From Leptogorgia sarmentosa (lineage: Eukaryota): a stretch of 64,000 bases of DNA. Both the position numbers and the translations under genes were made by a program. Within the stretch, counting starts at the first letter, position 1. Each line of letters begins with the position of its first letter. The notes beneath the pieces are model-generated. The model made no database searches, was not told where the DNA came from, and saw only the letters and a list, made by a program, of their open reading frames with translations. The stretch is from contig OZ210885.1 of the NCBI GenBank assembly GCA_964658305.1, forward strand, positions 5,270,001 to 5,334,000, read 5' to 3'. Shown piece after piece: positions 47,701-60,473 of this stretch.

Positions 47701-50700
47701 ATTCAACACTATGAAAAAAGCCGGTAAACGGCTAATTAATATAAGAACAGCTGAAGAAGTTCGCTAAAAATTGTTCTCTAAAATGTTATTGGCTACCAAA
47801 AAAAGAACAAAATGTTGAAACAAAAAAAGAACAGAATGTTCAAACATGTTTTTAACTTATTTCGTCTTCGTTGTCGCTTGATTCAATAAACAACCGACGT
47901 CGCTAAACGTGAGCGGTCCGTACTGCAGGTTACCGACCGCTCAGGAACCAATCAGGATGCTGTATTTTAGCAGAACACTTGCCATATAATAAAAATTAAT
48001 ATGTACTTCAATGAGTTGTTTATACTCAGTAACATCAGTATAAATTTTGAGGAGACTATATAGCTAACATTTCTTGTGTTCCTAAATGCGTTCCATTTGT
48101 AATCCGACTGGTTCCACTTTTCTTCCACCCTGAAATTTATACTAAAGCTATTTATTCGCCTCAGGCTCGCGGATTACAAGCTCCTATTCACCTTGCCTAC
48201 AGCGACTAATTGTTAAATAGGTGACATACCCGTTACACTATAAAAATCTAAATAAATAATCTATCATAAAAGTTGAACACAATGTAAACGGGACAAGTAC
48301 AACTCCAAACTGCACCTTGAGATTCTTGTGCTGTACTTCACTTTTGCAATGTTGGCAGGTGACAGCTCTTTTTGAACATTCTTTCTTCAAATGATGATCC
48401 AAACTTTTTCTTTCAACATTTTGGTTACAGCCTTTGGGACATGGTACTTCGACAAACTCACATGTCTTCAAATGTTCCTGGAAAAAGAGAAATTATTGTT
48501 ATCAATTAGTTTCCGACCACTACAAAGCATTGACCAAATTAATTAACGTAAATCAAAAGTTGTACTCACTAGTTAAAGGATAAACCTTTTTTTTTCATGT
48601 ACCTGTTTTGTTACTTCGCTATTAGGCTATTAGTAAACTGGTTACATATTGAAGTTATCAAATGATAGTATGTGGAAGATTTGCTACCCTTCTGGTATTC
48701 TTAAGATTTCGTCATATTAAATTCGACATTCAAATTTGTAGAATAAAGATCACCTTTGAATGAAAACTTGTTTATGCATAAATGATAGTTGCATCTGTGT
48801 ATGTTTGTGGATAATGTGACGTTGGAGCTTTGAACATGTTACTTCCGCCTAGTTTCAAAACATTGTATTTATACAAGATATGTCCCGACTTAAGACGTAT
48901 GACGGAAGTTTGATCATTTTGGTCTATTTATACCGGCCTGTCTAGCCAAGACACGTCTTGTCTAAGACAGAAACACGCACTGTGTGCCGTTTATATGGCA
49001 AGTTCGCGATTGATGTAAGTCGCATCTTGTGTAAGTGAAAGTCGCGACTTATTCTGTTGCATATAAATGTGGCGATATTTTCGCGATTTTATAGTGGATA
49101 TTTCCAGGACGTCATATGAGAGAGGTGGATTATATAGGGTGAGATGATTTATAGTAAAATTGATGAAAAATGTGTTGTTTTGAACGCGTCCAACATAAAG
49201 AAATTATACAATTATTGTGCCTAAACGAGCAACATAACGCTAAAAATTGCCCCTCGATTTGGTAAGTAAACATTTACTTTTGTACCTGTGGCGCCCTGGC
49301 CAGTATGGTGTATATTTACCTCAATGTTCTGCAAGACACCAGTCCACGGACATTCTTTCTTGTTTTTCAAAGTGCGACACTTGACTTTAAACTGATTTAT
49401 TTCTCTCTTGGCAAAATTATCCTTGTAAATCTACAATAAATTAATAGCATATCATTCAGATGAATTAGGACTACAAGTGCAGCATACCTAAACAAAAGCG
49501 CAGCATTAGCTATATACATTAATAGAAACTTGCGCACTGACTTATTCGATTGACTTGAAGACTGTTTTTCTACTGATGTAGATGAAGAAAAAGAAACTAA
49601 CGACCATGCACAGCTAGAAAGAACATCGTAAAATTAGTGCTATTACGAAGTTTGGTTACGAAATGTTGTAAAATGCGGAAAAATATCGGCCTACTAGTCG
49701 TTTGTATCACGAGCGTAAACTGGTGACTAAGTTATACAAATTCGCCAAAATTCCTGGGGTATATTTTCCTCCTTTTACAACATTCTGCAACCAAACTTCG
49801 CAGGCAGTTTTTCTAACTTTGATAACACCCGTTAAACAAAGACCTCAACGGGTATAGTACCCGATATTTCTCAATTGAGAACATGGGTAATGCCCACGCT
49901 GGACTATCGTCTAAGAGCCTGGCCTGGTAAATTATGAACAGTGCCATTGCCCGGGTCTATAATCATAATATGCATTTAGCCAGGCCAGAGTGGTGAGCAG
50001 CGATCTCGATTTAGCGGAAGTGGTAAGGCACGCGGTGCGTGCGTTGCAGTTCTATAGTTCAAGCCCCAGTTTGACACATTTTTTCAGCGTTAGTGATGAA
50101 AACTTTTTTTCCTCAACATTTTTCTGACCACAATGGTCAGGGTTAGGATTCTAGGGTTTGGGTTGGGATTAAGGAAATTCTTAGTATATAGAAAAATGGT
50201 TTATATCTAACACTAATATATAACTATATCAAGAGTAATACTGAAACGCCGACCAGCAAGGCGCAAGCTTTGGCGATAGTCCAGCGTGGGCATTACCCAT
50301 GTTCTCAATTGAGAAATATTGGGTACTACCCGTTGAGGTCTTTGTTCAACGGCTGTTGATAACTTCTTTCCGGAAATATCCTTTCTTCTGAAAGAAATAT
50401 CCTTTCTTCTGCATTAGCTTGCGTTAGCTTGTGGTAGTCCAGATCAATTGGGGCTTTGCTCTCTTGGACCACCATTCATTTACAAATATTTTTAATTGAT
50501 GATTAAGTTATTAAACTAACTAAACTTGCGTTAGACCACGCATTGTTTCAGGCTCTGTACGAAAATATGAATGAGCATTTCACGGATAGTTTAGCGGATA
50601 GTACTAAAAGGGAAACAAAATTTAATGAACATGGCAGTATTTTTTTATCACAGTCGTATTTTTGAGATCAGCAATGACCACTGTAGAACAGTAGTCCATG

Positions 50701-53700
50701 AACCCACTATAATTGACTTCGCTAATGCTCTTCTGAAGAGGAAACAGCTAGGAAATTTTCGTGTCGTTGTGCGAAATGTTTGTGGCAAAGTAGAGACTTA
50801 GAGGTCTTTTTTCCAAGTTGTAACTAAATAAACAAAGTTAGTTATAAGCACAGCAAAAAGCAAAATGCAGCTATAAAAGTTTGCCGCCATTTTTTTATAA
50901 GTTTCGGATCTTTTCCTATACCGTATATTTCGCCCCATTATAGTTTTCCTTAAATGACGCTACGCTTGATCTGCTTGGATTGCTTTCAGGCTACATTTAC
51001 TTTATTCTTTATAATTATGCAAAAGAAGTAATAGAAATGCAACATAACCAAGACTTTCTTCGAATTTCATTTCTGCATTTAATAGGTTAGAATATTAGTA
51101 ATTTTTGTCGTTCAAATTATATTAACTGGAATATTTTTTTAATTTTGACGAGAGCCTCAAAACGAAATAGGGTTAGAAAACAATTTGTTTCTACCATAGT
51201 TCACGTTGGTGTCATGTTTATCGATTTTGAAATTCGCATTCATTGGAAATTTTAGAGTTTAAACATGAGCAGTGTGACAAGTTCTACCAAAATTTCTTGC
51301 AAACCAAATGCAGACTTTACGAAGCTTTCACGATAAATTCCGAATACCTATCGACAATTTAAATGTTTGCCTCATGCTCTGTTTGTGCTTTTTTGCAAAA
51401 AGATGACAGCAGAACGTTTTCTAATCTTGCTCTTTGTTTCTAAAATTTCGCTTTCAAAGAATAATCATGGCAATTAACATGATCTGTAATGAGAGATATT
51501 TTTCTATTATTCATTGATTATTTTTCCAACAAACTTTCTTCGTAAATCCATGCAATTTAAAATTTTCAAACATTCAGATATTATACTGTAATTAACATTC
51601 ATAATATATGACATTTCATAACCATTTCATAACCTTTGATATATCTATACTCATGATGTAAATCTAAATTGATGGTCATTGTTCATAATTGCTCAGATAT
51701 TCATATGAGACAGAATTTGAAATTTGTTGTTTATACTATAGATATATACTTGTTGTTTACGCAATAGTTGTCAAAGCTGAGTAATGTGAGGGTAAAGGCT
51801 TCACTCTTCAACCTCACTTTTAATAACAGCAGAGTTAGACACTGCAAGTGATCCATCCCATGCAATGATGTTTCACTATTCCACATAATTATTTATGTGG
51901 AATAATTATTATATGTTGATATAATAAAGTTAAAGATATTATTCATGGAAAAGGTAGCAATAATAACTCCATGTGGACCATGTTCGTGAATGTCCATTAA
52001 ACCAGGGCGTAATAAAACACGGGCGGGGAAACGCGCATATATCACGCTGATCCGTGTGTGATGCGCCTGCGGACTGGCGCGAGCGCGCGTTTTGCGAGAA
52101 AATACAAAAAGGACGGCAAAAAATGGCAACAAAAAGATCTGCTAAACATTGCAAAAGTACAAATGAAAACATAGGCAAGTTTAAAATTATTACATAATTA
52201 TTTTGCGTAATTTAAAGGAAAAAATATTATACTTCAGTTCTACCAAATTATAATAAACAAAAAGAGCATTGTTTTGTAAGGAGTCGATGTATTAGGAGAT
52301 GTTTTGATTTTTATTCCTTTGAAAATTTGTTATTTTTGCCCACAAATTCAGGTTTTAAAACGAGTTTTTTTAATCCCTAGGTAGTCCTAGGTAAATTTGA
52401 TAGCGCAAAAAGTTTCCTAAATTAATTTACTTGAAGCTAATTAAAACGAAGAGTTGGACTTTTTTTGCCATGATCTTTTTTCTGAACATAGTGCTGTTCA
52501 TCATTTGTATCGCAAGGCGAGTTAACAAGAAAATTTTTAACATACCAAGCAGAGCATTTTAAATATGGTTTAGTTTACTTATATATTGCCACAATACGTC
52601 AGTTTCAATACAAATTAGATTTCCTATGCTGCACAAAACAAAAACATACTCATTCCAGGAACATTTTATCGGTAGTCTTTAAAAAAAGTACATAGATCAT
52701 GCGGGGGGTGCGCGCATCACACATAGATCAGGGGTTTATATGCGCGTTTCCCCGCCCGTGTTTTATTACGCCCTGATTAAACCTAGTATTCTTTTTGTTC
52801 CAGTTTCATCAGGAGGTTTGTCTTTAATAGATTACGTGAATGGTGCTGTTGTTTTTGTAACTTGTGTTCCTCGATGGGTTGTGTTATGAAATTGACGTTT
52901 TATAGACTTATGTTTAGTTCGCGGGACTAGTTATAAATTAACTTTGATGAATGATTGATATTTGGACAAGACAAAATATTTTTTTATTGAAACAGATTCG
53001 TCATTAAAAAAAACGATAACATAATTACAAATATATATTCAGAGAGGATATAGAAAGTAATACCATAAGTTAGATTAAACCGTCAAGACAAAAATAGAGT
53101 GTGATTGAGACGTGGATATTGATAGTGATGCATGCGAGATTGTAGAGATAAAAATTGTTAAAACTTTACGTGGTTATACTGTGATTTGTGAACCACTGTT
53201 CAACGAAGGCTGACTATACTGGTATACTGGAGGGTCGTTCAATGGCTTAGATTTTTTAATGCCTTTACCACAATTGCATGGTATGGATTCCATTTGGTCT
53301 TCTGTGTGTATGAACACTGTTATAATCATCAATAATTAGAACCAACACCAGCGATGTACACGCAATTTCCACGCGTACCACGCGCATGCTCGCACGCCAT
53401 TGGCCGCGAATGATATAATGCTTCTATATACGTACCGCATTTCGGTCAACTTCTTGGTTATCGATTGGGCACGTGTTACCATTTGTTCTGCAAACAGACA
53501 AAACGTGCATAGTAATTAGCAATAAGATACTCATTAATTTTGCTTTGAGATAAAATGAAAGACAAAATGTGTTTATATAGGGGCTGTTTACAGTGATGAC
53601 AATAGCCCATGAGCCCGCCCGCTTTGTTAATAATATGCTTTGTTAATACGCTGCCTTTGCTACGGGATGATACTCAGTGTTTTTTTATCGGATAATGTCC

Positions 53701-54812
53701 AGAAATAACCTAACACTGCATTTCCGTTCCGTTGCGTTTGGAACGCAACCAGTACCGTTGCCTTGAGAAGCGAGCAAGTGGAAGACACTGTATGGTAAGA
53801 CATCTGTAAAATTTCGAAAATTTCAAAAGCCCAATAGCCAAGAAAATGAAAAAGCTTATTTAAGAAGTTCCGTTCGTTTTCAATGGCTTGTTGTTCGTAG
53901 TCATAAGTAGATATAAGATTGTTTTTACAGTGTAATTGTTAGATCATAATTCCTCATTGTCAACAATTAGACATTCATTTTAAGAACTTCATTTACGAAC
54001 TAACTACAACAACTGCCCTGTTGTCTGAAATCATCGATCTATCTTCAATGTGATTGTAAATGAAAGTAAAGATAAGATTAATCACTTTTTATTTACAAAA
54101 TAACCGGAAGTAAGTGAAAGATCGCGCGCGCGTGATTGGCTAACAGCCGTGTTGATGTGCGATTATGTAAACACAGCTATTTCCCGCTGCTTCTCGCTAT
54201 TCCGTTATTCCGCTTTTGTCATCGTGTTATTTTATAAAAATAATAGAAAACATTTTCCATGTTTACATTGAGTTATGTAAACACGAGTGCAAGTTTGGGA
54301 GAACTTCCACTCCATTCAATGCAATTACCATGATAAATTGCACATTATAGAATTCACTCCATAATCTGTAACTTACTCCATATGACGGTTAATGCAATGT
54401 GCAAATTGCACATTATAGGATTTACTCCATAATCTGTAACTTACTCCATATGACGGTTAATGCATGCTGTACAGAAGCGATGTCCACATGGTGTTTGCAC
54501 TGGATCCCGTAATACGGTAATACAGATCGGACATTCATAGTCTTGAGTGACTGGTGGATCAAATATCTCATCATGACCTGAAATCCTTTCTGTGTTCTCA
54601 GCAGTGCTACCACTTCCTTGCTGATTCGCTTCAATGTTTCCTGAATTATTCCCCTGATTACTGGCTGCGGCGCCCGGTGGCGCGGATGATGATGGGTTTA
54701 CTGGAAGGTCGGAACTGGCTCTTCCAGGAGCTTCTACATAAGCTTCGTTTTGCTCATTATTCCTCATATCAGCGATATCGCTGGCGAGGTTGCGATAGTG
54801 ACGGTTAGACAT
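44754..54812 (-). CDS. TRAF6: TNF receptor-associated factor 6-like. Exons: 54812-54445, 53487-53436, 49430-49320, 48477-48316, 47364-47293, 47039-46962, 46886-46589, 46277-46064, 45570-45467, 45267-45024, and tentatively 44766-44754 (or read-through to the stop at 44972)
   Basis: [45 protein letters not shown] zinc fingers; coiled coil; MATH domain [38 protein letters not shown]...[18 protein letters not shown]. All introns are GT-AG and in phase. Confidence 0.92.
45607..45752. mobile_element. Short hAT-like MITE remnant in a TRAF6 intron
   Basis: AGTGGCGAAGCCAGCC ... GGTTGGTTTCGCCACT inverted ends. Confidence 0.55.
49826..50355. mobile_element. MITE with ~80-bp TIRs, 7-bp TSD TTGATAA
   Basis: ...TTCTCAATTGAGAACATGGGTAATGCCCACGCTGGACTATCG is mirrored at 50275-50355. 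Confidence 0.85.
52003..52775. mobile_element. Non-autonomous DNA transposon, ~37-bp perfect TIRs, 7-bp TSD ATTAAAC
   Basis: CAGGGCGTAATAAAACACGGGCGGGGAAACGCGCATA and its reverse complement at the right end. Confidence 0.88.
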
Positions 54813-55159
54813 CGAGCTACTAATATAAAAAGATATGCAACTATTAAAAATAACCCATATACAGTATCTAATAGAGCGGATAAAAATTGTAAAGGAAAAA
54901 AATTCGTTAGTTATTTCAAAATTGCATTGGTATACGATTTATCCCCGAGCGACGGCGCGAAGCCCGGGGCGGGGTAATAATTCCCACGGCTTTTTACACC
55001 TGGGTAAAGGACAATATAGCGGTGTCCATTGATCGGGCAGTCCACTGGGTAGTGGAGTGCAGAAAAACATGTAGTCCGGAAACACATGGCGGATTTTACG
55101 TCACACGTCTCCTATTCTCATGATCATGATGTTAATTATACTGACCACAGTTGACGACG

Positions 55160-56077
55160 TGTGTGCCAGCCGAAATACCGCATAAACGGTATAATCAAAG
55201 AAGTTTGATGTCACTAAACACCATGAGCAGTGGTTGCTAGTTATCTCTCAACTAGCTGCATAAGAGAGAAATCAGTCTTCATGACATAAAGTGCGTATTA
55301 ACATATTACTTGTAATCTGCTCGCATTTGTGTTGTCCAATACTTCTTGACTTTGGTAAGGCATGTCTTATCAATAAAGCAAGAAGAAACTCAAGAAAGCT
55401 CTGACTCTTGATCGAGGAACAACTATCACAAATATCACAGTCGTATTGCTCCGGAAGTGGTCGATGGTACACACGCACCCTGAGTTAAAAATGATATTTA
55501 CTCTGTTGATATGTCGTTTCCAGGATTTATAGCCGTTGCAAATACCGACTTTTAAAAGAATTGCGAGGAGATGTTTAGAAAAATTCCCTTCCAAGTGTGA
55601 TACAGAGCAGTTAATGACGCTTGTGAACAGTACTCAAAGAGTTAAACTGATATACATGCACTGCATGTAACTGTATAATATGCATGTGCTTAATATTGTA
55701 CTTTACCATGCAATTAAGGGATTAACTTAACATTTTGTTATAACAGTACATGCAGAGTAAACAGACAGTCCTGAAATAAATATGTTAGTATAGGAAATTT
55801 TACTTATGTTCAGGGCCGTCGCTAGAACGTTAATTGGGGGGTGCATATTCATATTTTGGCGTTCTGCCGACTGATTTCTTTTGAAATCAGTTGTTTATGA
55901 ATTAATTTCAAAACAAATCAGTCGGCAGAACGCCAAAATATGAATATGCACCCCCCCCCCCCCAATTAACGTTCTAGCGACGGCTCTGCTTATGTTGTCA
56001 TATCACATATGCATGTGATTTGTTGCAAACAACTCCGCATTCGTGATAAATCTACATAACTCAATCTCTGCACCTAT
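55160..56077 (+). repeat. Segment duplicated at ~59020-59753
   Basis: Collinear from GTGTGCCAGCCGAAATACCG to CTCAATCTCTGCACCTAT. Confidence 0.9.
55811..55988. mobile_element. hAT-like MITE, 8-bp TSD CTTATGTT
   Basis: TIRs and perfect TSD; the duplicate copy at ~59660 shows the empty site. Confidence 0.92.
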
Positions 56078-56413
56078 TAAGCGTGCAGTGTGCTAATAAA
56101 TTTTAAAGCTATTTTTGCTTGTTATTTCTTCGTATTTTTCTCTTATTGCATCAGAAAGCAGATTTTTCCGAATTTCGAAAGGAATTTTCCAGTGGTTGCT
56201 AACTTTGCTCATAATGTATTAAAAAAATCCGTCTTTTAAGTGAAAACGGCCTTTGATTTTTCAATGATGATTTTCTTGCCATAAATATATGAAATTCGCA
56301 ACATCAAATATTGGCTATATACATCATTTTTGTTCTAATATCGTCTCATTTTTGTTCTAATATCGTCCGTGTTCATTGTAATATTCACAACAGGAGGCAA
56401 TACCTTGCGTATA

Positions 56414-57500
56414 CGATGAGACTAGTGTTTATTGCATACAATTTGACAAGACAAAACTCACTCCTGATCAATTCAAAGTTCAAACGGCTCTTAAAGACTT
56501 TCAAATGGTTCTGTTAAAAGCTTTCAAAGGCTGTTGGGGAATATTCACGTCACATTAAATGACAATTCGGCTGAAACTATAACTATTCTAGGATAAAAAT
56601 TCGTAAAATTCAAAGAATTTGCGTGGGTAACAGTAGCGCTTGTTTTAACTAATTAGAATTAGATAGATTTAGAAAACACGAGGCGACGTCGAGAAAATGA
56701 CGTGCAAGAAGAATTTTACTTCCGGTTTAGCCGTCGTCTTCGTGTTTTTCAGGACGCCATTCAGGTGGTTTTCGCGTCGTCTTCAAAACGTCAAACGTCA
56801 AATGTTTATACATTTTGTTGTGAAGAAAATATGCACGCAAGCGTCACGCAAAAATCAATGTATGTTGTTGTCCATACATTTTTTAACGATTCTAGTTAAA
56901 CATATTTGTTTCGAGTGATACGTTTTAAACTACGAATTATATTATTACATTGGCGTTATCTCCCAACATAGTTGAACATACTGTGTATGCATTATAGCGT
57001 TTTCTTATTTATTTACCTGTAAGTACTGAGAGTGTCGTTTTTGGCATCAGCAATTTATTTCGATATTGATTGTAACTATAATTATCTCCTCCTATTGATT
57101 GGTTGAATATATGAATATACACTTTTTTCAGGTACCAACGTTCAAAAATATTTTCTCAATAACAAAATTCCTGGCCGGCAATTCCCTGGTTTGCCATTGC
57201 GGAACAAAACCATTGTGTTGCAACATTTACCTACCTCCGCATTGAATTCACTGACAAGTAAATTAATACTTCGCAGCAGGATACCTTACGATGAGATTTG
57301 TTTATTGCATATAATTTGACAAGACAAAACTCCAGTTTGATCATTTCAAACGGCTCTTAAAGGCTTTCAAAGGCTGTTGGAGATTATTCACGTCACATTA
57401 AATGACAATTCGGCTGAAACTAGAACTATATATTCTAGGATAAAAATTAAAATCCAAAGAATTTGCGTGGGAAGCAATAGTGTTTGTTTTAACTAATTAA
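56414..57500 (+). repeat. ~230-bp direct repeats (~56414-56655 and ~57288-57500)
   Basis: TGTTTATTGCAT..AATTTGACAAGACAAAACTC...ATTCACGTCACATTAAATGACAATTCGGCTGAAACTA occurs twice. Confidence 0.8.
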
Positions 57501-57588
57501 CATAAGTAAACCTTCCATATATTAGAGACCAGCCTGAAAATATGCTCGAAAATATGAGTACATAAAATTATACAAAAGCAATTGGGCA

Positions 57589-57733
57589 CAGGGTTGCCAG
57601 AAATCGTGAATAAATAAGCCGAACTTTCAACAATGCTCTTTGTTTTTCTTTGTGTTTGCCTTTTGTTTTGATTGTTTTCTTGAACGTGCTAATGACGGTT
57701 TGGCTTATTTATTCATGCTTTCTGGCAACCCTG
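57589..57733. mobile_element. hAT-type MITE (CAGGGTTGCCAG), 8-bp TSD ATTGGGCA
   Basis: TIRs and perfect TSD. Confidence 0.9.
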
Positions 57734-57769
57734 ATTGGGCACCTGATTTCATTATTATAATGTATTTTA

Positions 57770-60473
57770 CACTGCAAAAAACCATTTCTGGATATGAGTA
57801 AAATGACTCAAAAATTGAGTCAGGATGCTCACGTTTTGAGTGAATTGAAATTGTTACTCAAATAGCTGAGTAAAAATACTCACATCTGAGAGTAAGCACT
57901 ATTTGCGAGTGATTTTACTCAATCATGCGAGTAATACAATACTCACTATATTGAGTAAAAATTCTTCTTGAGTCATTTTAACCAACAACATGAGTAAATT
58001 GACTCAAAAGGATGAATATTTACTCAACCGCAAAAAAAATACTCAAAAATTTGAGAAATTTGAACTATATAACTCAAAAGTTGAGTAAAGTCAACAAAAT
58101 GTCAAAAGAAGTTACTCACAGATATCCACGACATGAGTAACTTTACTCACAGCTACTCATGACATGAGTAAGTTCACTCACAGCTACCATGACATGAGTA
58201 ACTTTACTCACAGCTACCACGACATGAGTAACTTTACTCACAGCTACCATGACATGAGTAACTTTACTCACAGCTACGCATGACATGAGTAACTTTACTC
58301 ACAGCTACGCATGACATGAGTAACTTTACTCACAGCTACACATGACATGAGTAACTTTACTCACAGCTACTCATGGCATGAGTAACTTTACTCACAGCTA
58401 CGCATGACATGAGTAACTTTACTCACAGCTACGCATGACATGAGTAACTTTACTCACAACTACCATGACATGAGTAACTTTACTCACAGCTACGCATGAC
58501 ATGAGTAACTTTACTCACAGCTACTCATGACATGAGTAACTTTACTCACAGCTACGCATGACATGAGTAACTTTACTCACAGCTACTTATGATATGAAGA
58601 TTGTCATCGTTGCATATACGTAAAAATTTGCATAACTGCCAACATGAACCAATCAGTGAGTCCCAAAGGGATACCGTTGAGTCACATAATTGTCTATTCG
58701 GCACCTGGAATCCTACACGTGTATCCTGCTTCGTGTTCAGAGCAAAGTTTCTTGTGGTCGAAGACCCGCTTATACTACCGAAAGTTAAGCTTTTTTAAAT
58801 CTCGCTATTATGAAGCAAGTCCAGGAATGTTTGAAGAAAAATGGTTTTGAAGAATATCGTGACAGATATTCCTTGGTAAGTTATTGTGCGAAGCACGTTT
58901 GTCTATATATCTGCCGATTAACGGTGCCGAGTATTGATGTTTTAAGCCTAGTTATAGGTTTGTGTTTTTGAAATACGTTCTGCTTTGTTTATTTGTGAAA
59001 ACGGAATTTGCAATTGTGACTGTGTGCCAGCCGAAATACCGTATAAGCGGTATAATCAAAGGAGTTTGATGTCACTAAACACCATCAGCAGTGGTTGCTA
59101 GTAATCACTCAACTAGCTGATGCTATAAATTACCTGCATAACAAAGAAATTCTTCATAATGACATAAAGTATAGACATATTACTTGTAATCTGCTCGCGT
59201 TTGTGTTGCCCAATACTTATTGACTTTGGTAAGACATGTCTTATCAATAAAGCAAAAAAGAAAGCTAAGACTCTTGAGGAACAACAACCACAAATATCAA
59301 AGTCATATTGCTCCGGAAGCAGTCGATGGTACACACACACCCTGAGTTAAAAATGATATTTACTCTGCATGTTGTTATTGTCGTTTCAAAGATTTATAGC
59401 CGTTGCAAGTACCGACCTTTTGCGAGGAGATGTTTAGAAAAATTCCCTTCCAAGTGTGATATAGAGCAGTTAATGACGCTTGTGAACAGTTCAAAGAGTT
59501 AAACTGATATACATGCACTGCATGTAACAGTATAATATGCATGTGTTTGATAGTGTACTTCACCATGCAATTCAGGGATTAACTTAACATTCTGTAATAA
59601 CAGTATACATGCAAAGTAAACAGACAGTCCTGAAATAAATATCTTAGTATAGGAAATTTTACTATATGTTGTCATATCACATATGCATGTGATTTGTTGC
59701 AAACAACTCCGCATTCGTGATAAATCTACACATAACTCAATCTCTGCACCTATATTTTGCATTTTAGGAGGAATACACGGTTGAGGAAATCGTCGAAGGT
59801 GATCGGAAAGATTACCCAAAAATTTGTATCAAAGGTGACTGCCGAACACCCGAACGAGTTGTCATTGCGGCAGAACGCACAGTGTTGTTCTCGGTGGAAA
59901 GTGTGGAATCGTCAAGGCAACTTTAGCACTGCTGGAAACGTATTACGTATTTATGTTTGAGTATCCTCAAATATTGAACAACTTTTATTTATATTTGCAA
60001 AAATGCGTTTTAAATATACAGGATGGGAAAAAACTTCCTGCAGCAATTGTAAATTTTGTTAACGATATGGATTAAAGGATTTGTATTACAAATAACTGTT
60101 GGACTGGTACTTGTACTGCATGGCTTTTAGGAAGGAAATTGGTCAGTATAAGTGAGTAAAATTTTGATTTTCCTGGTGCGTTTTCTGTGAGTCAGATTAA
60201 CTGTACTTTCTGGGTAGAATTACTCGTGAGTTGGAGTAAGGTATAATTTTACTCAACATTATGAGTGAGAATTACTCATAAATTTGAGTCAATTTTCATT
60301 TTACTCAGGATTTTGAGTCACTGTGGGTGCATTTTGCGTGAGTCAATTTTACTCAACATTTTGAGTACAAGTACTCTTATTTTGAGTAAATTTTACTCCA
60401 CAATTTGGGTCACTGTGGGTGCATCGTTTTACTCAGAAATTTGAGTCAAAATACTCAGGGATTTTTCGCAGTG
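57770..60473. mobile_element. Non-autonomous EnSpm/CACTA-like element, CACTGC(A/G)AAAAA termini, TA flanks, dense GAGTAA/TTACTC subterminal motifs
   Basis: TA|CACTGCAAAAA ... TTTTTCGCAGTG|TA; dozens of TGAGT(A/C)A and T(T/G)ACTCA motifs at 57795-58130 and 60150-60460. Confidence 0.8.
58132..58585. repeat. 30-31-bp minisatellite x15 with internal palindrome TGAGTAA-CT-TTACTCA
   Basis: Unit CATGAGTAACTTTACTCACAGCTA plus a 6-7-nt variable linker. Confidence 0.95.

Noticed and set aside
50138..50172. Telomere-like GGGTTAGG runs here and at ~3150 and ~44930
   Set aside because: Short and degenerate; not comparable to the perfect tract at 35188.
54805..54817. TTAGACATCGAGC at the TRAF6 start codon matches the retrotransposon 5' junction
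   Set aside because: Only 13 bp with no flanking homology; most likely chance.
58132..58585. CRISPR-like array of palindromic repeats
   Set aside because: Linkers are only 6-7 nt and nearly constant, there are no cas genes and the context is eukaryotic; it is a minisatellite inside a DNA transposon.
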